Shown in pieces: positions 26,965 to 36,261 of a stretch of 64,000 nucleotides of DNA. Made by a program: the position numbers and the translations under genes. The stretch lies in the NCBI GenBank assembly GCA_963422655.1, contig OY730440.1, positions 2,425,442-2,489,441 on the forward strand, in the 5' to 3' direction. Source of the DNA: Acidimicrobiales bacterium (GTDB lineage: Bacteria > Actinomycetota > Acidimicrobiia > Acidimicrobiales > Aldehydirespiratoraceae). The notes below the pieces were generated by a model. The model was not told the DNA's origin, ran no database searches, and worked only from the letters and a program-made list of their open reading frames with translations. Numbering within the stretch: position 1 is the stretch's first letter; each line of letters begins with the position of its first letter.

Positions 26965-28443
26965 GTGGCCCCAAAACCACCCTCCGACAGTGGCACCGGG
27001 TATTCGCGCCGTTCGGCGTCGGAGCGCTTGGAAGCGGCGGTAGCGGCGGCGAGACCGGCGGCTCGAATCGAGACCGTCTTCGGCACCGCTCAGTTCTTCT
27101 GGCTCTGGATCGCTCAGGTCGTCTCGGCCACCGGCGACTGGTTGGGCTTGCTGGCCACCATCACCCTGGCGGCCCGGCTCGGCGAAGGGGCCGAGGGGAC
27201 GGCCATCTCGTTGGTGCTGGCCAGCCGGGTCCTGCCCGGGTTCTTCCTGGCCACCGCAGCCGGCGTGCTGGTCGACCGCCTCGACCGCAAGCAAGTCATG
27301 GTGACCTGCGATCTGGGCCGGGCCGCCGTGCTCGTCACCTTGCCTTTCGTCGACTCGCTGGTAGGGCTGGTGATAGCCAGCTTCGTCCTGGAGCTGTTGA
27401 CGATGATGTGGCAGCCGGCCAAGGAAGCCATCGTCCCCAACATCGTCCCAGCCGAGCGGCTCACGTCGGCCAACGCATTCAACGTGGCCGCTGCTTACGG
27501 CATGTTCCCGGTAGCAGCCGGGATCGCGGCGCTGCTGTCGAAGGTGGCCGAGGCCCTTGCCGATGAGGGATGGGTCGCTACCCTCCGCCTCAACGAAGAG
27601 GGTCTTGCCTTCTACGTCGACGCCTTCACCTTCTTGGTCACCGCCCTGATCGTGTGGCGACTGGCCATTCCCGCTCGCACCAAGCAGCAGCGGCTCCGGG
27701 CCGAGCGTCGAAGCTGGGATCTGGGCGGTGCTTTCCGGGAACTGCGGGAGGGTTGGCACCAGATAGCGGCCAACCCGATCGTCCGTTCGGTCAACGTGGG
27801 CTTGGCCGTCGGGATCATGGGCGGCGGCATGCTGGTGCCTCTGGGGGCCATCTTCGTGGACGAGGTGATCGTCGGCCGAGAAGCCGATTTCAACCTGGTG
27901 CTGTTTGCCCTCGGGATGGGGATGGCCTGCGGTGTGTTGCTGGCAGCTCTGCTGCAGAACCGGATCAACCGGACCCGAGTGTTCGCCGGCGCCTTGGCCG
28001 GAGCGGGGCTGGCGCTTTTGATGGCCGCATCCACCGACCTCCTTTCGGTGCTGACCCCCATGGTCGCGATGATGGGATTCTTGGCCGGGCCCGTGTACGT
28101 GATCGGGTTCACGCTGCTGCACGAGAACGTGGCCGACGAGATGCGGGGCCGCATCTTCGCGGCCCTGTTCGTGCTGGTCCGGTTATGCCTGCTGGTGGCG
28201 CTGGCGGTGTCTCCGACGGTTGCGGACCTACTCGACCGCCTGTCGCAGAGTTGGTGGGAAGGCGACTTGTCCGTGTTCGGGGGCCAGATCCAGGTTCCGG
28301 GTGTGCGGCTGACCATGTGGCTGGCGGGGGCGATCATCGTGATGGCCGGTGCCCTGGCTTCGTGGAGTCTGCAGACCGAGAACCGACCGCCCGACCATGA
28401 CGGTGACCCGGTGGGCTCCGGCCGCGACGAGGTCGGATCGTGA
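26965..28443 (+). CDS. MFS transporter
   Basis: 492 aa with about 12 hydrophobic segments and the loop motif VDRLDRKQVMV. Confidence 0.85.
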   Translation: MAPKPPSDSGTGYSRRSASERLEAAVAAARPAARIETVFGTAQFFWLWIAQVVSATGDWLGLLATITLAARLGEGAEGTAISLVLASRVLPGFFLATAAGVLVDRLDRKQVMVTCDLGRAAVLVTLPFVDSLVGLVIASFVLELLTMMWQPAKEAIVPNIVPAERLTSANAFNVAAAYGMFPVAAGIAALLSKVAEALADEGWVATLRLNEEGLAFYVDAFTFLVTALIVWRLAIPARTKQQRLRAERRSWDLGGAFRELREGWHQIAANPIVRSVNVGLAVGIMGGGMLVPLGAIFVDEVIVGREADFNLVLFALGMGMACGVLLAALLQNRINRTRVFAGALAGAGLALLMAASTDLLSVLTPMVAMMGFLAGPVYVIGFTLLHENVADEMRGRIFAALFVLVRLCLLVALAVSPTVADLLDRLSQSWWEGDLSVFGGQIQVPGVRLTMWLAGAIIVMAGALASWSLQTENRPPDHDGDPVGSGRDEVGS

Positions 28444-29102
28444 CCGGCCGGGCCGGGCCGGGCCGGCTCATAGTCCTCGAGGGGCCCGATGCTGCCGGCA
28501 AGACCACCCAGGCCCGCTTGCTGGCCGAGGCGCTGGGGACGGTGCCCACCTTCCAGTTCGGGGCAACTGCGATCGGGTCCGTACTCCGCCAGATCCTCCT
28601 CGACCCGGACATGACAGTCATGGCCGACCGAACCGAGGCGCTGCTGATCATCGCCGACAAGGCCCAGCACGTGGTCGAGGTCGTCGAACCGGCCCTGCGG
28701 TCGGGCCGCGACGTGGTGAGTGACCGCTTCACCGCCTCCACCATTGCCTACCAAGGCCACGGTCGAGGGCTGGACATCGCCAGTTTGGAGTCGATGCTCC
28801 ACTTCGCCACCGGTGGTATCCAACCCGACCTGACCGTACTGCTCGATGTCGAGATACACGTGGCCCGGAAACGTCAGAACCGCAAGCTGGACCCTATGCA
28901 ACTGAGCCTCATACGATCCAAATTGGATCGTATAGAACGCGAAGACCGGGACTTTCACCAGCGAGTGCTGAAGGGTTACCGGGAGTTGGCGGCGTCCGAC
29001 CCCCACCGATGGGTGACCGTGGACGGCAGCTCATCGGTGGAAGTGGTAGCGGAGCAGGTGCTGACCGCGGTGAGGCACCGGCTCGAAGGAGCTGATCGGT
29101 GA
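28440..29102 (+). CDS. tmk: dTMP (thymidylate) kinase
   Basis: P-loop LIVLEGPDAAGKTTQ, DRF..STIAYQG. GTGA overlap upstream. Confidence 0.9.
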   Translation: MTGRAGPGRLIVLEGPDAAGKTTQARLLAEALGTVPTFQFGATAIGSVLRQILLDPDMTVMADRTEALLIIADKAQHVVEVVEPALRSGRDVVSDRFTASTIAYQGHGRGLDIASLESMLHFATGGIQPDLTVLLDVEIHVARKRQNRKLDPMQLSLIRSKLDRIEREDRDFHQRVLKGYRELAASDPHRWVTVDGSSSVEVVAEQVLTAVRHRLEGADR

Positions 29103-30277
29103 CGCTGGAGGCGTGGTCGACGGTGATCGGGCAGCCCGATGCCGTTCGTCGCCTGTCCCAATTCGTGGGCTCCCCTGTGCATGCCTACCTCTTCGTGGGG
29201 CCCCGCGGTTCGGGCAAGCGAACCGCGGCCGCTGTCTTCGCGGGGGAGCTCCTGGCTGCCGTCGACGGCGACCGGGCCGGACTGCATCGAAGGCGAGCCG
29301 CCCGCGAGGAGCATCCCGACGTGTTGATTCTCAAACCCATCAGCAATCAACTCCGGGCCGAAGAAGCTGAGCGGGTCATCGTCGAGGCCAGCCGATCACC
29401 GGTGGAGACCAGTCGCAAGGTGCTCGTCATCGACCGGTTCCATACTGCTACGCCGGAAGCAGCCGGGGCTCTACTGAAGACAGTCGAGGAACCCGTCGCC
29501 AGCACGATTTTCATCGTGCTGGTCGAAGAAGTCCTGCCCGAGCACGCAACGATCGCTTCTCGTTGCACCCGGGTGGACTTCCATGCCGTGGCCGATGAGG
29601 TAGTGGCGGCTGCGCTGGAAGCCGAGGGCCTGTTGGCGGGGCCGAGCGCCAAGGCGGTGGCGGCGGCAGCCGTCGGCAACCTCGACCGGGCCCGGGTCCT
29701 GGCCACCGACGATCGGGTCGTGGACCGTCACGAAGCCTGGTGGTCGATTCCCGAGAAACTCGACGGCACCGGTGCCGTCGTGGCCGTTCTCACCGAGAAG
29801 GTACGCGGCCTCATTACCGAAGCCCTCGAACCTCTGGCTGTTCGCCACCGGGCCGAGCTGGCCCAGCTCGACCAGCCCGAGGAACACCGCGGCACCGTCG
29901 GGTCGGGCCGCAGCCACGTAGAGGTTCGCCATCGTCGCGAGCGGCGCCAATTCCGCACCGATGAGCTGCGTTTCGGCCTGGCCACGCTGGTGTCGCGTTA
30001 CCGGGCCGAACTCGACTCGGCCACGTTCGATTCCGGCGTGCTGCGAGCCATCGACCGGGTGCGGCGCACTTACCAGTCTCTGACCCGCAATCCCAATGAA
30101 GCCCTGGCCCTTCAGAGTCTCCTGCTCGATCTGCCCGGGCTGGCACCGACCGATCCGCCGGCCGCGACAGGAGAAACCGGTGGAAGCGCCGGATCCGAGC
30201 CGGTACCTTCGTTGTCGGCGTCGCCGTCGCGACCCCGAAGCCCGAATAGCTCAGCCGGTAGAGCGACGCTCTCGTAA
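29099..30277 (+). CDS. holB: DNA polymerase III subunit delta-prime
   Basis: HAYLFVGPRGSGKRTAA. Position after tmk. The low-complexity Pro/Ser tail runs into the tRNA gene. Confidence 0.85.
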   Translation: MTLEAWSTVIGQPDAVRRLSQFVGSPVHAYLFVGPRGSGKRTAAAVFAGELLAAVDGDRAGLHRRRAAREEHPDVLILKPISNQLRAEEAERVIVEASRSPVETSRKVLVIDRFHTATPEAAGALLKTVEEPVASTIFIVLVEEVLPEHATIASRCTRVDFHAVADEVVAAALEAEGLLAGPSAKAVAAAAVGNLDRARVLATDDRVVDRHEAWWSIPEKLDGTGAVVAVLTEKVRGLITEALEPLAVRHRAELAQLDQPEEHRGTVGSGRSHVEVRHRRERRQFRTDELRFGLATLVSRYRAELDSATFDSGVLRAIDRVRRTYQSLTRNPNEALALQSLLLDLPGLAPTDPPAATGETGGSAGSEPVPSLSASPSRPRSPNSSAGRATLS

Positions 30278-30312
30278 AGCGTAGGTCAGGGGTTCGAATC
30301 CCCTTTCGGGCT
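30240..30312 (+). tRNA. tRNA-Thr (anticodon CGU)
   Basis: Manual cloverleaf: acceptor gcccgaa/ttcgggc, D arm gctc-agccggta-gagc, anticodon arm acgct-ctCGTaa-agcgt, T arm agggg-ttcgaat-cccct. 73 nt, followed by an encoded CCA. Confidence 0.9.
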
Positions 30313-30341
30313 CCAGCCAACTCTGGGGTTGGGAGCATATT

Positions 30342-30947
30342 TTGGCCGACCGGGTGAACTTCGCCGGTGACACCATGGACTTGATGTCTTCTCTGTATTC
30401 GGCCGCTCTGCGGATGACCCGCAACCCCAGCGACGCCGAGGACTTGGTCCAAGAGACGTACCTGAGGGCCTACCGCGGTTACGACGGGTTCGAGGCGGGG
30501 ACGAACCTGAAGGCGTGGATGTACCGCATCCTCACCAACGCCTACCTCAACAGCTATCGCAAGAAACAGCGGCGAGTGATCGAGACCGATCTGGCCGCGG
30601 TGGAAGATCTGTACCTTTACCGGCGCCTCGGTCCCGGAACCGGAAAGCTCGGCCGCAGCGTCGAGGACGAGCTGGCCGAGCTGTTCGTCGATCACGAGGT
30701 GAAACAGGCGGTGGAGGACCTGCCCGACCACTACCGTATCCCGGTGCTGCTCGCCGATGTGGAGGGGTTCGCCTACAAGGAGATCGCCGAGATCCTCGAT
30801 GTCCCCGTCGGTACTGTCATGAGCCGGCTCCACCGGGGAAGAAAGCAACTCCAGAAGCAGTTGTACTCCTTTGCCGAGCGTCACCGGCTTCTGCCCGGCG
30901 AGGTGGAACCGGTCGCGGTCGGCGCCGACGCCGACGACGAGGTCTGA
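30342..30947 (+). CDS. sigH: ECF sigma factor, SigH/SigR-like
   Basis: Region 2 [29 protein letters not shown] and region 4 [29 protein letters not shown], followed by a ZAS anti-sigma gene. Alternative start ATG 30375. Confidence 0.85.
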   Translation: MADRVNFAGDTMDLMSSLYSAALRMTRNPSDAEDLVQETYLRAYRGYDGFEAGTNLKAWMYRILTNAYLNSYRKKQRRVIETDLAAVEDLYLYRRLGPGTGKLGRSVEDELAELFVDHEVKQAVEDLPDHYRIPVLLADVEGFAYKEIAEILDVPVGTVMSRLHRGRKQLQKQLYSFAERHRLLPGEVEPVAVGADADDEV

Positions 30948-30949
30948 GC

Positions 30950-31228
30950 ATGGCACTGCGGTGCAAGGACACCCTTCGCCATATCCACGTCTATCTCGAC
31001 GGGGAGCTGACCGCCGAGATCCGCACCGTGATCGCTTGCCATCTCGACGAGTGTCCCAGTTGCTTCGAGGCCTTCGGCTTCGAGACCAGGTTCAGGCAGG
31101 TGGTGGCCCGGTGCTGCCAGGAAAAGGTCCCCGACAGCCTGCGGGTGCGCATCGTCGAGGCGATAACCAGCGAAATCGTCGTAATCGAGAAATCAACCGT
31201 GACCTACCAGCGCCGGCCGCGGAGCTGA
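30950..31228 (+). CDS. rshA: Zinc-associated anti-sigma factor (RshA/RsrA-like)
   Basis: HxxxCxxC motif in CHLDECPSC plus an N-terminal Cys (ALRCKD). Lies 2 bp after the sigma stop. Confidence 0.8.
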   Translation: MALRCKDTLRHIHVYLDGELTAEIRTVIACHLDECPSCFEAFGFETRFRQVVARCCQEKVPDSLRVRIVEAITSEIVVIEKSTVTYQRRPRS

Positions 31229-31248
31229 GGCGCGCCACCGTCTACACT

Positions 31249-31270
31249 GCCTTCTCATGCTCTTCTCATG
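31249..31270. repeat. Short tandem duplication, 2 x 11 bp (gccttctcatg / ctcttctcatg)
   Basis: Read directly. It duplicates an ATG. Copy 2 holds the ATG of the small membrane ORF; the copy 1 ATG opens a 9-codon out-of-frame ORF. Confidence 0.7.
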
Positions 31271-31411
31271 GTCGCAGGCCTCATGATCGTCGGGGTCGTG
31301 TGGCATTTCTGGATCGCAGTGCCTCTGGCGGCAGGTGGCATCCTGGCCGTGGTCGCCGCCATCGTGGGATACCTGCAAAAGGTCACCTACAAGCGATATC
31401 CGAGGGACTGA
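31268..31411 (+). CDS. Small hydrophobic membrane protein (47 aa), hypothetical
   Basis: Below the ORF-track cutoff. Manual translation: MVAGLMIVGVVWHFWIAVPLAAGGILAVVAAIVGYLQKVTYKRYPRD, two TM-like segments, GC-rich third positions. Confidence 0.4.
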   Translation: MVAGLMIVGVVWHFWIAVPLAAGGILAVVAAIVGYLQKVTYKRYPRD

Positions 31412-31416
31412 GGCAG

Positions 31417-32496
31417 GTGAGCGCCGAGGGGGTCGAAGTGGTCGACTGGGCCTTGGCCCGCCGGGTCGCGGCCCGAACCGCGGCCCGGGAGCCTTACACC
31501 TCCGCGTACCACCGAAAGGGTCTGGAATCCGAATTCGACGAGCTCACGGCCCAAGCCGAAGACTTGGTGGCCACAACCACGGGTCTGCGGTCACAAGCGG
31601 GTCCGGCCCGGGGACGGGTCACCGATCGAGCCGGTTGGATCGACGCCAACCTTTCGTCGTTCCAGCGGTTGCTGCGTCCTGTCACCGACAAGCTCGGCAC
31701 CCGTATGGACAAGACGACGGCTCCGTTGGCCCGCAAGCTGGCCGGGGTCGAGCTGGGGATGATGCTGGGGTGGATGTCGGCTCGGGTGCTGGGTCAGTAC
31801 GACCTGCTGGTCGTCGAAGACGAGAACCCCGACCAGCAAGACATCGTCTATTACGTTGCCCCCAACGTCTTGTCCTTGGAGAACCGGTTCGCTTTCAGAT
31901 CCCACCAATTCCGGTTGTGGCTGGCCCTGCACGAGGTCACGCACCGGGCCCAGTTCACTGGTGTCGCTTGGATGCGGCCTCATTTCCTGGCCTTGGTCTC
32001 TGAGGCCATGGAGTCGGTCGATCCCGACCCTCGGCGCTTCGTTGCCGCTTTGCAGCGACTGGTCGAAGCCCGTCGGCGCGGTGTCGATCCCTTGGCCGAC
32101 GGCGGTTTGATGGGCCTGCTGGCCACCGACTCGCAGCTCGAGACGTTCAACCGGGTAGCCGGCCTGATGAGCCTGCTCGAAGGCCATGGCGACGTGACCA
32201 TGGATCGGGCCGGTCAAGGGCTCGTTGCGTCGGCCGGTCGCTTCGGACGGGTTTTGCGCCAGCGTAGGATGTCGGCGCGGGGGCTGACCAGGGTCGTCCA
32301 GCGTCTTATCGGTCTCGACGCCAAGATCAAGCAGTACGCCCAAGGGGAGCACTTCATCGAGACGGTGGAAGCAGCCGGGGGTGTCGATTTGTTCGACCGG
32401 GTCTGGTTGGAGCCCGAGAACCTGCCGACTCTCGTCGAGATCAGAGCCCCGGAGCTCTGGATCACCCGTATGAACGGGTCGACGATGGCGGCCTGA
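31417..32496 (+). CDS. Zinc-dependent metalloprotease-like protein (DUF2342 / putative hydrolase family common in Actinobacteria)
   Basis: HExxH in WLALHEVTHRAQF. GTG 31417 chosen as start (VSAEGVEVVDWALARRVA). Confidence 0.75.
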   Translation: MSAEGVEVVDWALARRVAARTAAREPYTSAYHRKGLESEFDELTAQAEDLVATTTGLRSQAGPARGRVTDRAGWIDANLSSFQRLLRPVTDKLGTRMDKTTAPLARKLAGVELGMMLGWMSARVLGQYDLLVVEDENPDQQDIVYYVAPNVLSLENRFAFRSHQFRLWLALHEVTHRAQFTGVAWMRPHFLALVSEAMESVDPDPRRFVAALQRLVEARRRGVDPLADGGLMGLLATDSQLETFNRVAGLMSLLEGHGDVTMDRAGQGLVASAGRFGRVLRQRRMSARGLTRVVQRLIGLDAKIKQYAQGEHFIETVEAAGGVDLFDRVWLEPENLPTLVEIRAPELWITRMNGSTMAA

Positions 32497-32524
32497 GGTC
32501 AGAGACGTAGAGGCAGAGACGTAG
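32496..32524. repeat. Tandem duplication (aggtcagagacgtag / aggcagagacgtag)
   Basis: Read directly. It fills the spacer between the stop at 32496 and the tilS ATG at 32527. Confidence 0.8.
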
Positions 32525-32526
32525 CG

Positions 32527-33441
32527 ATGTCGGTGGTGGGAAGGATCGGTGGGGGCGGGACGGCCGTCGATGCTGACGGACTGCTGAACCGATGCGCCTT
32601 TCCGGCTCCTCCTGCTGCCATCCACTGCGGGCTCTCGGGCGGCCCCGACTCCAGTGCGCTGGTGGCGCTGGCCGTCTCGGCCGGCTTGGATGTAACCGCC
32701 TGGCACGTGGATCACGGGCTGAGAGCCGACTCGGACCGGGACGCGGAGGCGGCCCGGGTCGTGGCAGCCCGGCTCGGTTCTGCTTTCGAGCTGCGGACGG
32801 TAACGGTGGAGCCCGGCCCCGATCTCGAAGCCCGGGCCCGGGCCGCTCGCTATGCCGTCCTGCCCGATGACGTGTTTGTCGGCCACACTGCTGATGACCG
32901 GGCCGAAACGGTTCTGTTCAATATAGGGCGGGGCGGGGGCTTGGCCGGCGCCGGCGCCACCTACCGGGCCGTTCACCGCCCCCTGCTGCGGTTGCGTCGG
33001 TACGAGACCCGGGCCCTGTGCGCTCGTCTCGACCTGCCGGTGGTGTCGGATCCGATGAACGACGACACCACCTTCACCCGGGTCGCCATACGTACCGAGG
33101 TGCTGCCGGCACTGGCCCGAGCACTCGATCGTGATCCGGTGATGCTGCTCAACCGCCACGCCGATCTCGCTGCCGACGCCCACGAGGTGATCGCCGATCT
33201 GGCCACCGGTGTCGATCCCACCAGCTCGGCAGAACTGATGGCCGCGGCCAAGGCGGTAGCCACCGAGGCGCTACGATCCTGGATCGCCGACCGGGTGGGC
33301 CCGGGTCGGGCCGTCTCGGCCGCCTCCATCAACAGGGTGTTGGCGGTGGCGGCCGGTGAGTGGGTGGCCACCGAGATCGAAGGGGGCTACCGGGTGGCTC
33401 GCCGCCGGGGCCGCCTGCGCATCGAGAGCCCCGGAGAGTGA
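32527..33441 (+). CDS. tilS: tRNA(Ile)-lysidine synthase
   Basis: PP-loop LSGGPDS, HVDHGLR. Confidence 0.9.
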   Translation: MSVVGRIGGGGTAVDADGLLNRCAFPAPPAAIHCGLSGGPDSSALVALAVSAGLDVTAWHVDHGLRADSDRDAEAARVVAARLGSAFELRTVTVEPGPDLEARARAARYAVLPDDVFVGHTADDRAETVLFNIGRGGGLAGAGATYRAVHRPLLRLRRYETRALCARLDLPVVSDPMNDDTTFTRVAIRTEVLPALARALDRDPVMLLNRHADLAADAHEVIADLATGVDPTSSAELMAAAKAVATEALRSWIADRVGPGRAVSAASINRVLAVAAGEWVATEIEGGYRVARRRGRLRIESPGE

Positions 33442-33582
33442 TTCCGAGCCGGCCCGGATGGTTTGATTTTCGTGCGATCCGATGCAGGTCTCATGGGCAG
33501 GCGGCTGGTCCGACGGTAGCGATATGGTGACTCGGGTGACACGGGTCGTACTCTCGGGTGGCTGCCGTCGGCAGCGGGCGTC

Positions 33583-34116
33583 GTGAAGGGCAAGTGGGTC
33601 GAGGGCACCGAGCCCCGCCACTTCCGCTGGATAATCACCGACCGGATGGCCGTGTGCGAACGTCCCGGCGGCTACGGAGTGGACCACCGCCGGGTCAGGC
33701 GAACCGAGGAGATCATCTGGCTCGTCAAACACGACTTCGACCGGATCGTCTCACTCATCCCTTCTGCTTACAACCTCCAGAGCTACGAGGAACACGACCT
33801 GGCTTTCAGCCATCTGCCCTTCACCGGAGCCGAGGCCGGTCCCGGCGAGTTGAAGGCGGTGCTGGCAGCCATCCGCGATCATGCCGCCACCGAACGGATC
33901 GTCGTACACGGCCACGAGCTCGGTGATCACATCGGCGGCGTCGTGGCCTCCTACCTGCTGTGGACGGGACTGGTCGGCCAGGGGTATCACGCCATCTCGG
34001 TGACCGAGCAGTTGCTGGAACGTGAACTGGGTCCGGTGGCCCGAGAGCTGGTATCCATGGCCGAGCGGCTCGGGTCCAGCGCCGAGACGCCCGTTGGCGA
34101 TCTCGCCGCGGGCTGA
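33583..34116 (+). CDS. Dual-specificity-phosphatase-like protein with substituted catalytic Cys and Arg (probable pseudophosphatase)
   Basis: IVVHGHELGDHIGGVVASYLL aligns with the VHCxxGxxRS..YL P-loop signature, but Cys is Gly and Arg is His. Confidence 0.55.
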   Translation: MKGKWVEGTEPRHFRWIITDRMAVCERPGGYGVDHRRVRRTEEIIWLVKHDFDRIVSLIPSAYNLQSYEEHDLAFSHLPFTGAEAGPGELKAVLAAIRDHAATERIVVHGHELGDHIGGVVASYLLWTGLVGQGYHAISVTEQLLERELGPVARELVSMAERLGSSAETPVGDLAAG

Positions 34117-34127
34117 AACGGGCCTGG

Positions 34128-34676
34128 TTGGCGACGGCGCCTATGCCCGCACTCCCGGATCCGGAGAACCAGATGGCGCCGCCGGACGCGATGGGTCGCG
34201 AGCGGCGCGTCTTTGTCGCCCTCGGCTCCAACCTCGGGGACCGGACCGGCTACCTGCGATCGGCAGTGGCGTATCTTCCCGATGTGGCCGCAACTTCCGA
34301 CGTCTATGAGACCAAGCCCGTGGGTGGTCCCGAACAGGGCCCCTATCTCAATATGGTCGCCCGACTCCACACTGCCCTCGGCGCCGGGGAGCTGCTGGCG
34401 CAGTGCCGGGCCCGGGAGCTGGCCGCCGGCCGTGTCCGTGTCCACAAGTGGGGGCCTCGCACCCTCGACGTCGATCTGTTGTGGATCGACGGTGAGGTGG
34501 TGGAGGAACCCGACCTGATCGTTCCTCACCCCCGGATGTACGAGCGGGATTTCGTGCTGGTGCCGTTGGCCGACGTGGGGGCCGATCTCCTCCCCGCAGG
34601 CTACGACCCGGCTGCGGCCAGCGGTGTGGTAGGTCTCGGCCCCCTCGGCCCCCGGGGCCGGCCGGGGGACAAGTAG
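34128..34676 (+). CDS. folK: 2-amino-4-hydroxy-6-hydroxymethyldihydropteridine diphosphokinase
   Basis: VALGSNLGDR, WGPRTLDVDLL, VPHPRMYERDFVLVPL. The start is probably internal (ATG 34167). Confidence 0.9.
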   Translation: MATAPMPALPDPENQMAPPDAMGRERRVFVALGSNLGDRTGYLRSAVAYLPDVAATSDVYETKPVGGPEQGPYLNMVARLHTALGAGELLAQCRARELAAGRVRVHKWGPRTLDVDLLWIDGEVVEEPDLIVPHPRMYERDFVLVPLADVGADLLPAGYDPAAASGVVGLGPLGPRGRPGDK

Positions 34677-34684
34677 CGTTCGCA

Positions 34685-35395
34685 GTGCGTTCGGTCCGGG
34701 TCATCGGCGGTGGACGGGCCGGATCCTCGCTGGCCCGAGCCCTGGCCGAGGTGGGGTGGAAAGTGCACACGGTTCCAGCCCGTACCGGGGTTCTGACGGG
34801 CGCCGCGGCCGGGGTCGACTTGGTGGTGATCGCCACCCTCGACGCCGCTGTCACCGATGTTGCCGCCCGAATCGAACCGGATCCGACCACGGTCGTGGCC
34901 CACATGGCCGGGTCGCTCGGAGTCGGTGTTGTCGCCCCTCACTCTCGCCGAGCCGCTCTGCATCCCCTTACGGCCCTGCCCGATGGCGTAACCGGAGCCC
35001 GCCGCCTGCGGTCGGGGTGCTGGTTCGCGGTGTCCGGTGACGAACTGGCTCATCAGGTGGTGGCCGATCTCGGAGGCCGGGCTCTCGACGTGGCCGACTC
35101 CGACCGGGTGACGTACCACGCCGCCGCGGTGGTGGCGTCCAACCATCTGGTGGCCCTACTCGGTCAAGCCGAGCGCATTGGAGCCGGTGCCGGGGTGCCC
35201 TTCGAGGCCATCGTCGATCTGGTCCGGGCCACGGTCGATAACCTGTCCGAGCTGGGACCGGCTGCTGCTCTCACCGGACCGGCCGCTCGGGGTGACGAAG
35301 CGACGGTGGCTCGACATCTGGAGGCCATCGCCCCCGACGAACGGCCCGCCTATCGAGCCCTGGCTTGCGAGGCTCGGAAGTTGGCTCGCTCATGA
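34685..35395 (+). CDS. Rossmann-fold/DUF2520 protein (putative NADP oxidoreductase, pan-locus associated)
   Basis: VRVIGGGRAGSSLARAL, C-terminal ALTGPAARGD. Position before panC. Confidence 0.7.
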   Translation: MRSVRVIGGGRAGSSLARALAEVGWKVHTVPARTGVLTGAAAGVDLVVIATLDAAVTDVAARIEPDPTTVVAHMAGSLGVGVVAPHSRRAALHPLTALPDGVTGARRLRSGCWFAVSGDELAHQVVADLGGRALDVADSDRVTYHAAAVVASNHLVALLGQAERIGAGAGVPFEAIVDLVRATVDNLSELGPAAALTGPAARGDEATVARHLEAIAPDERPAYRALACEARKLARS

Positions 35396-36252
35396 GCGCC
35401 CGCCCTGCACTGGTGAGCGAGATCACCGAACTGCGGGCCCGGCTCGATCAGGCCCGAGCCCAGGGCTTGCGAATCGGCTTCGTGCCGACCATGGGGGCAC
35501 TGCACGCCGGCCACAGTTCGCTCATGGACCAGGCCCGGGCCGAAGACGATCTGGTGGTGGTCTCGATTTTCGTGAATCCACTGCAGTTCGGCGTCGGTGA
35601 GGACTTGGAGGACTACCCTCGGGATCTGGCCCGCGACGCTCGGGTCTGTGCTGCCGCTGGCGTCGACGTGATGTTCGTGCCCACCGTTGACGAGATGTTC
35701 CCGGCCCCGGCTGCCACTACCGTTTCGGTAGCAGGGGTGTCGGACCGGCTCGAGGGATCCGCTCGCCTCGGTCATCTCGACGGGGTGGCCACCGTTGTGG
35801 TCAAGCTGTTCGGGATCGTCGGGAGGTGCTCGGCCTATTTCGGTGAGAAGGACTTCCAGCAACTGGTCGTCATACGGCGGCTGGTCGTCGATCTGTCCAT
35901 CCCGGTGCGGGTCGTGGGCGGCCCCGTCGTGCGTGAGCCCGATGGGCTGGCCCTGTCGAGTCGCAACGTCTACCTCAGCCGGGAGCAACGGGCTCAGGCT
36001 CCGGTGCTGCGCCGGGCACTGGAGACCGGGGTCGCACTCGTCCGCAGCGGGGAGACCGACCCGGTCCGAGTGGAGGCAGCCATGGCCTCGGTGATCGCTA
36101 CCGCGCCGGACGCCGAGATCGACTATGCGGCCGCCGTGGACTCGGCCACCCTGTCCACCGGCGCCGCTCTCCACGGCGATGTCCGGTTGCTGGTGGCGGT
36201 CCGTTTCGGCCGGACCCGTCTCATCGACAACGTCGGCTGCCGTGTCCCGTAG
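35392..36252 (+). CDS. panC: Pantoate--beta-alanine ligase
   Basis: GFVPTMGALHAGH, FGEKDFQQ. ATG 35392 overlaps the upstream stop (ATGA). Confidence 0.95.
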   Translation: MSARPALVSEITELRARLDQARAQGLRIGFVPTMGALHAGHSSLMDQARAEDDLVVVSIFVNPLQFGVGEDLEDYPRDLARDARVCAAAGVDVMFVPTVDEMFPAPAATTVSVAGVSDRLEGSARLGHLDGVATVVVKLFGIVGRCSAYFGEKDFQQLVVIRRLVVDLSIPVRVVGGPVVREPDGLALSSRNVYLSREQRAQAPVLRRALETGVALVRSGETDPVRVEAAMASVIATAPDAEIDYAAAVDSATLSTGAALHGDVRLLVAVRFGRTRLIDNVGCRVP

Positions 36253-36261
36253 CATCGGTTC

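Noticed and set aside
30278-30341. SigH/SigR-type autoregulatory promoter (GGAAT-N18-GTT) upstream of the sigma factor gene
   Set aside because: I looked for the motif in the tRNA-to-sigH spacer and found no acceptable match. The gaat...gtt spacing is about 28 nt.
30240-30342. Genomic island or integrase at the tRNA-Thr genes (also 46125-46197)
   Set aside because: No integrase, recombinase or direct repeat of the tRNA 3-prime end is nearby. The flanking genes follow conserved housekeeping synteny.
33541-33582. gtgacWcgg duplication and gctgccg-tc-ggcagc palindrome upstream of the pseudophosphatase as a riboswitch or attenuator
   Set aside because: It is too short and has no recognisable conserved RNA motif. 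It may be a simple hairpin and cannot be supported further by eye.
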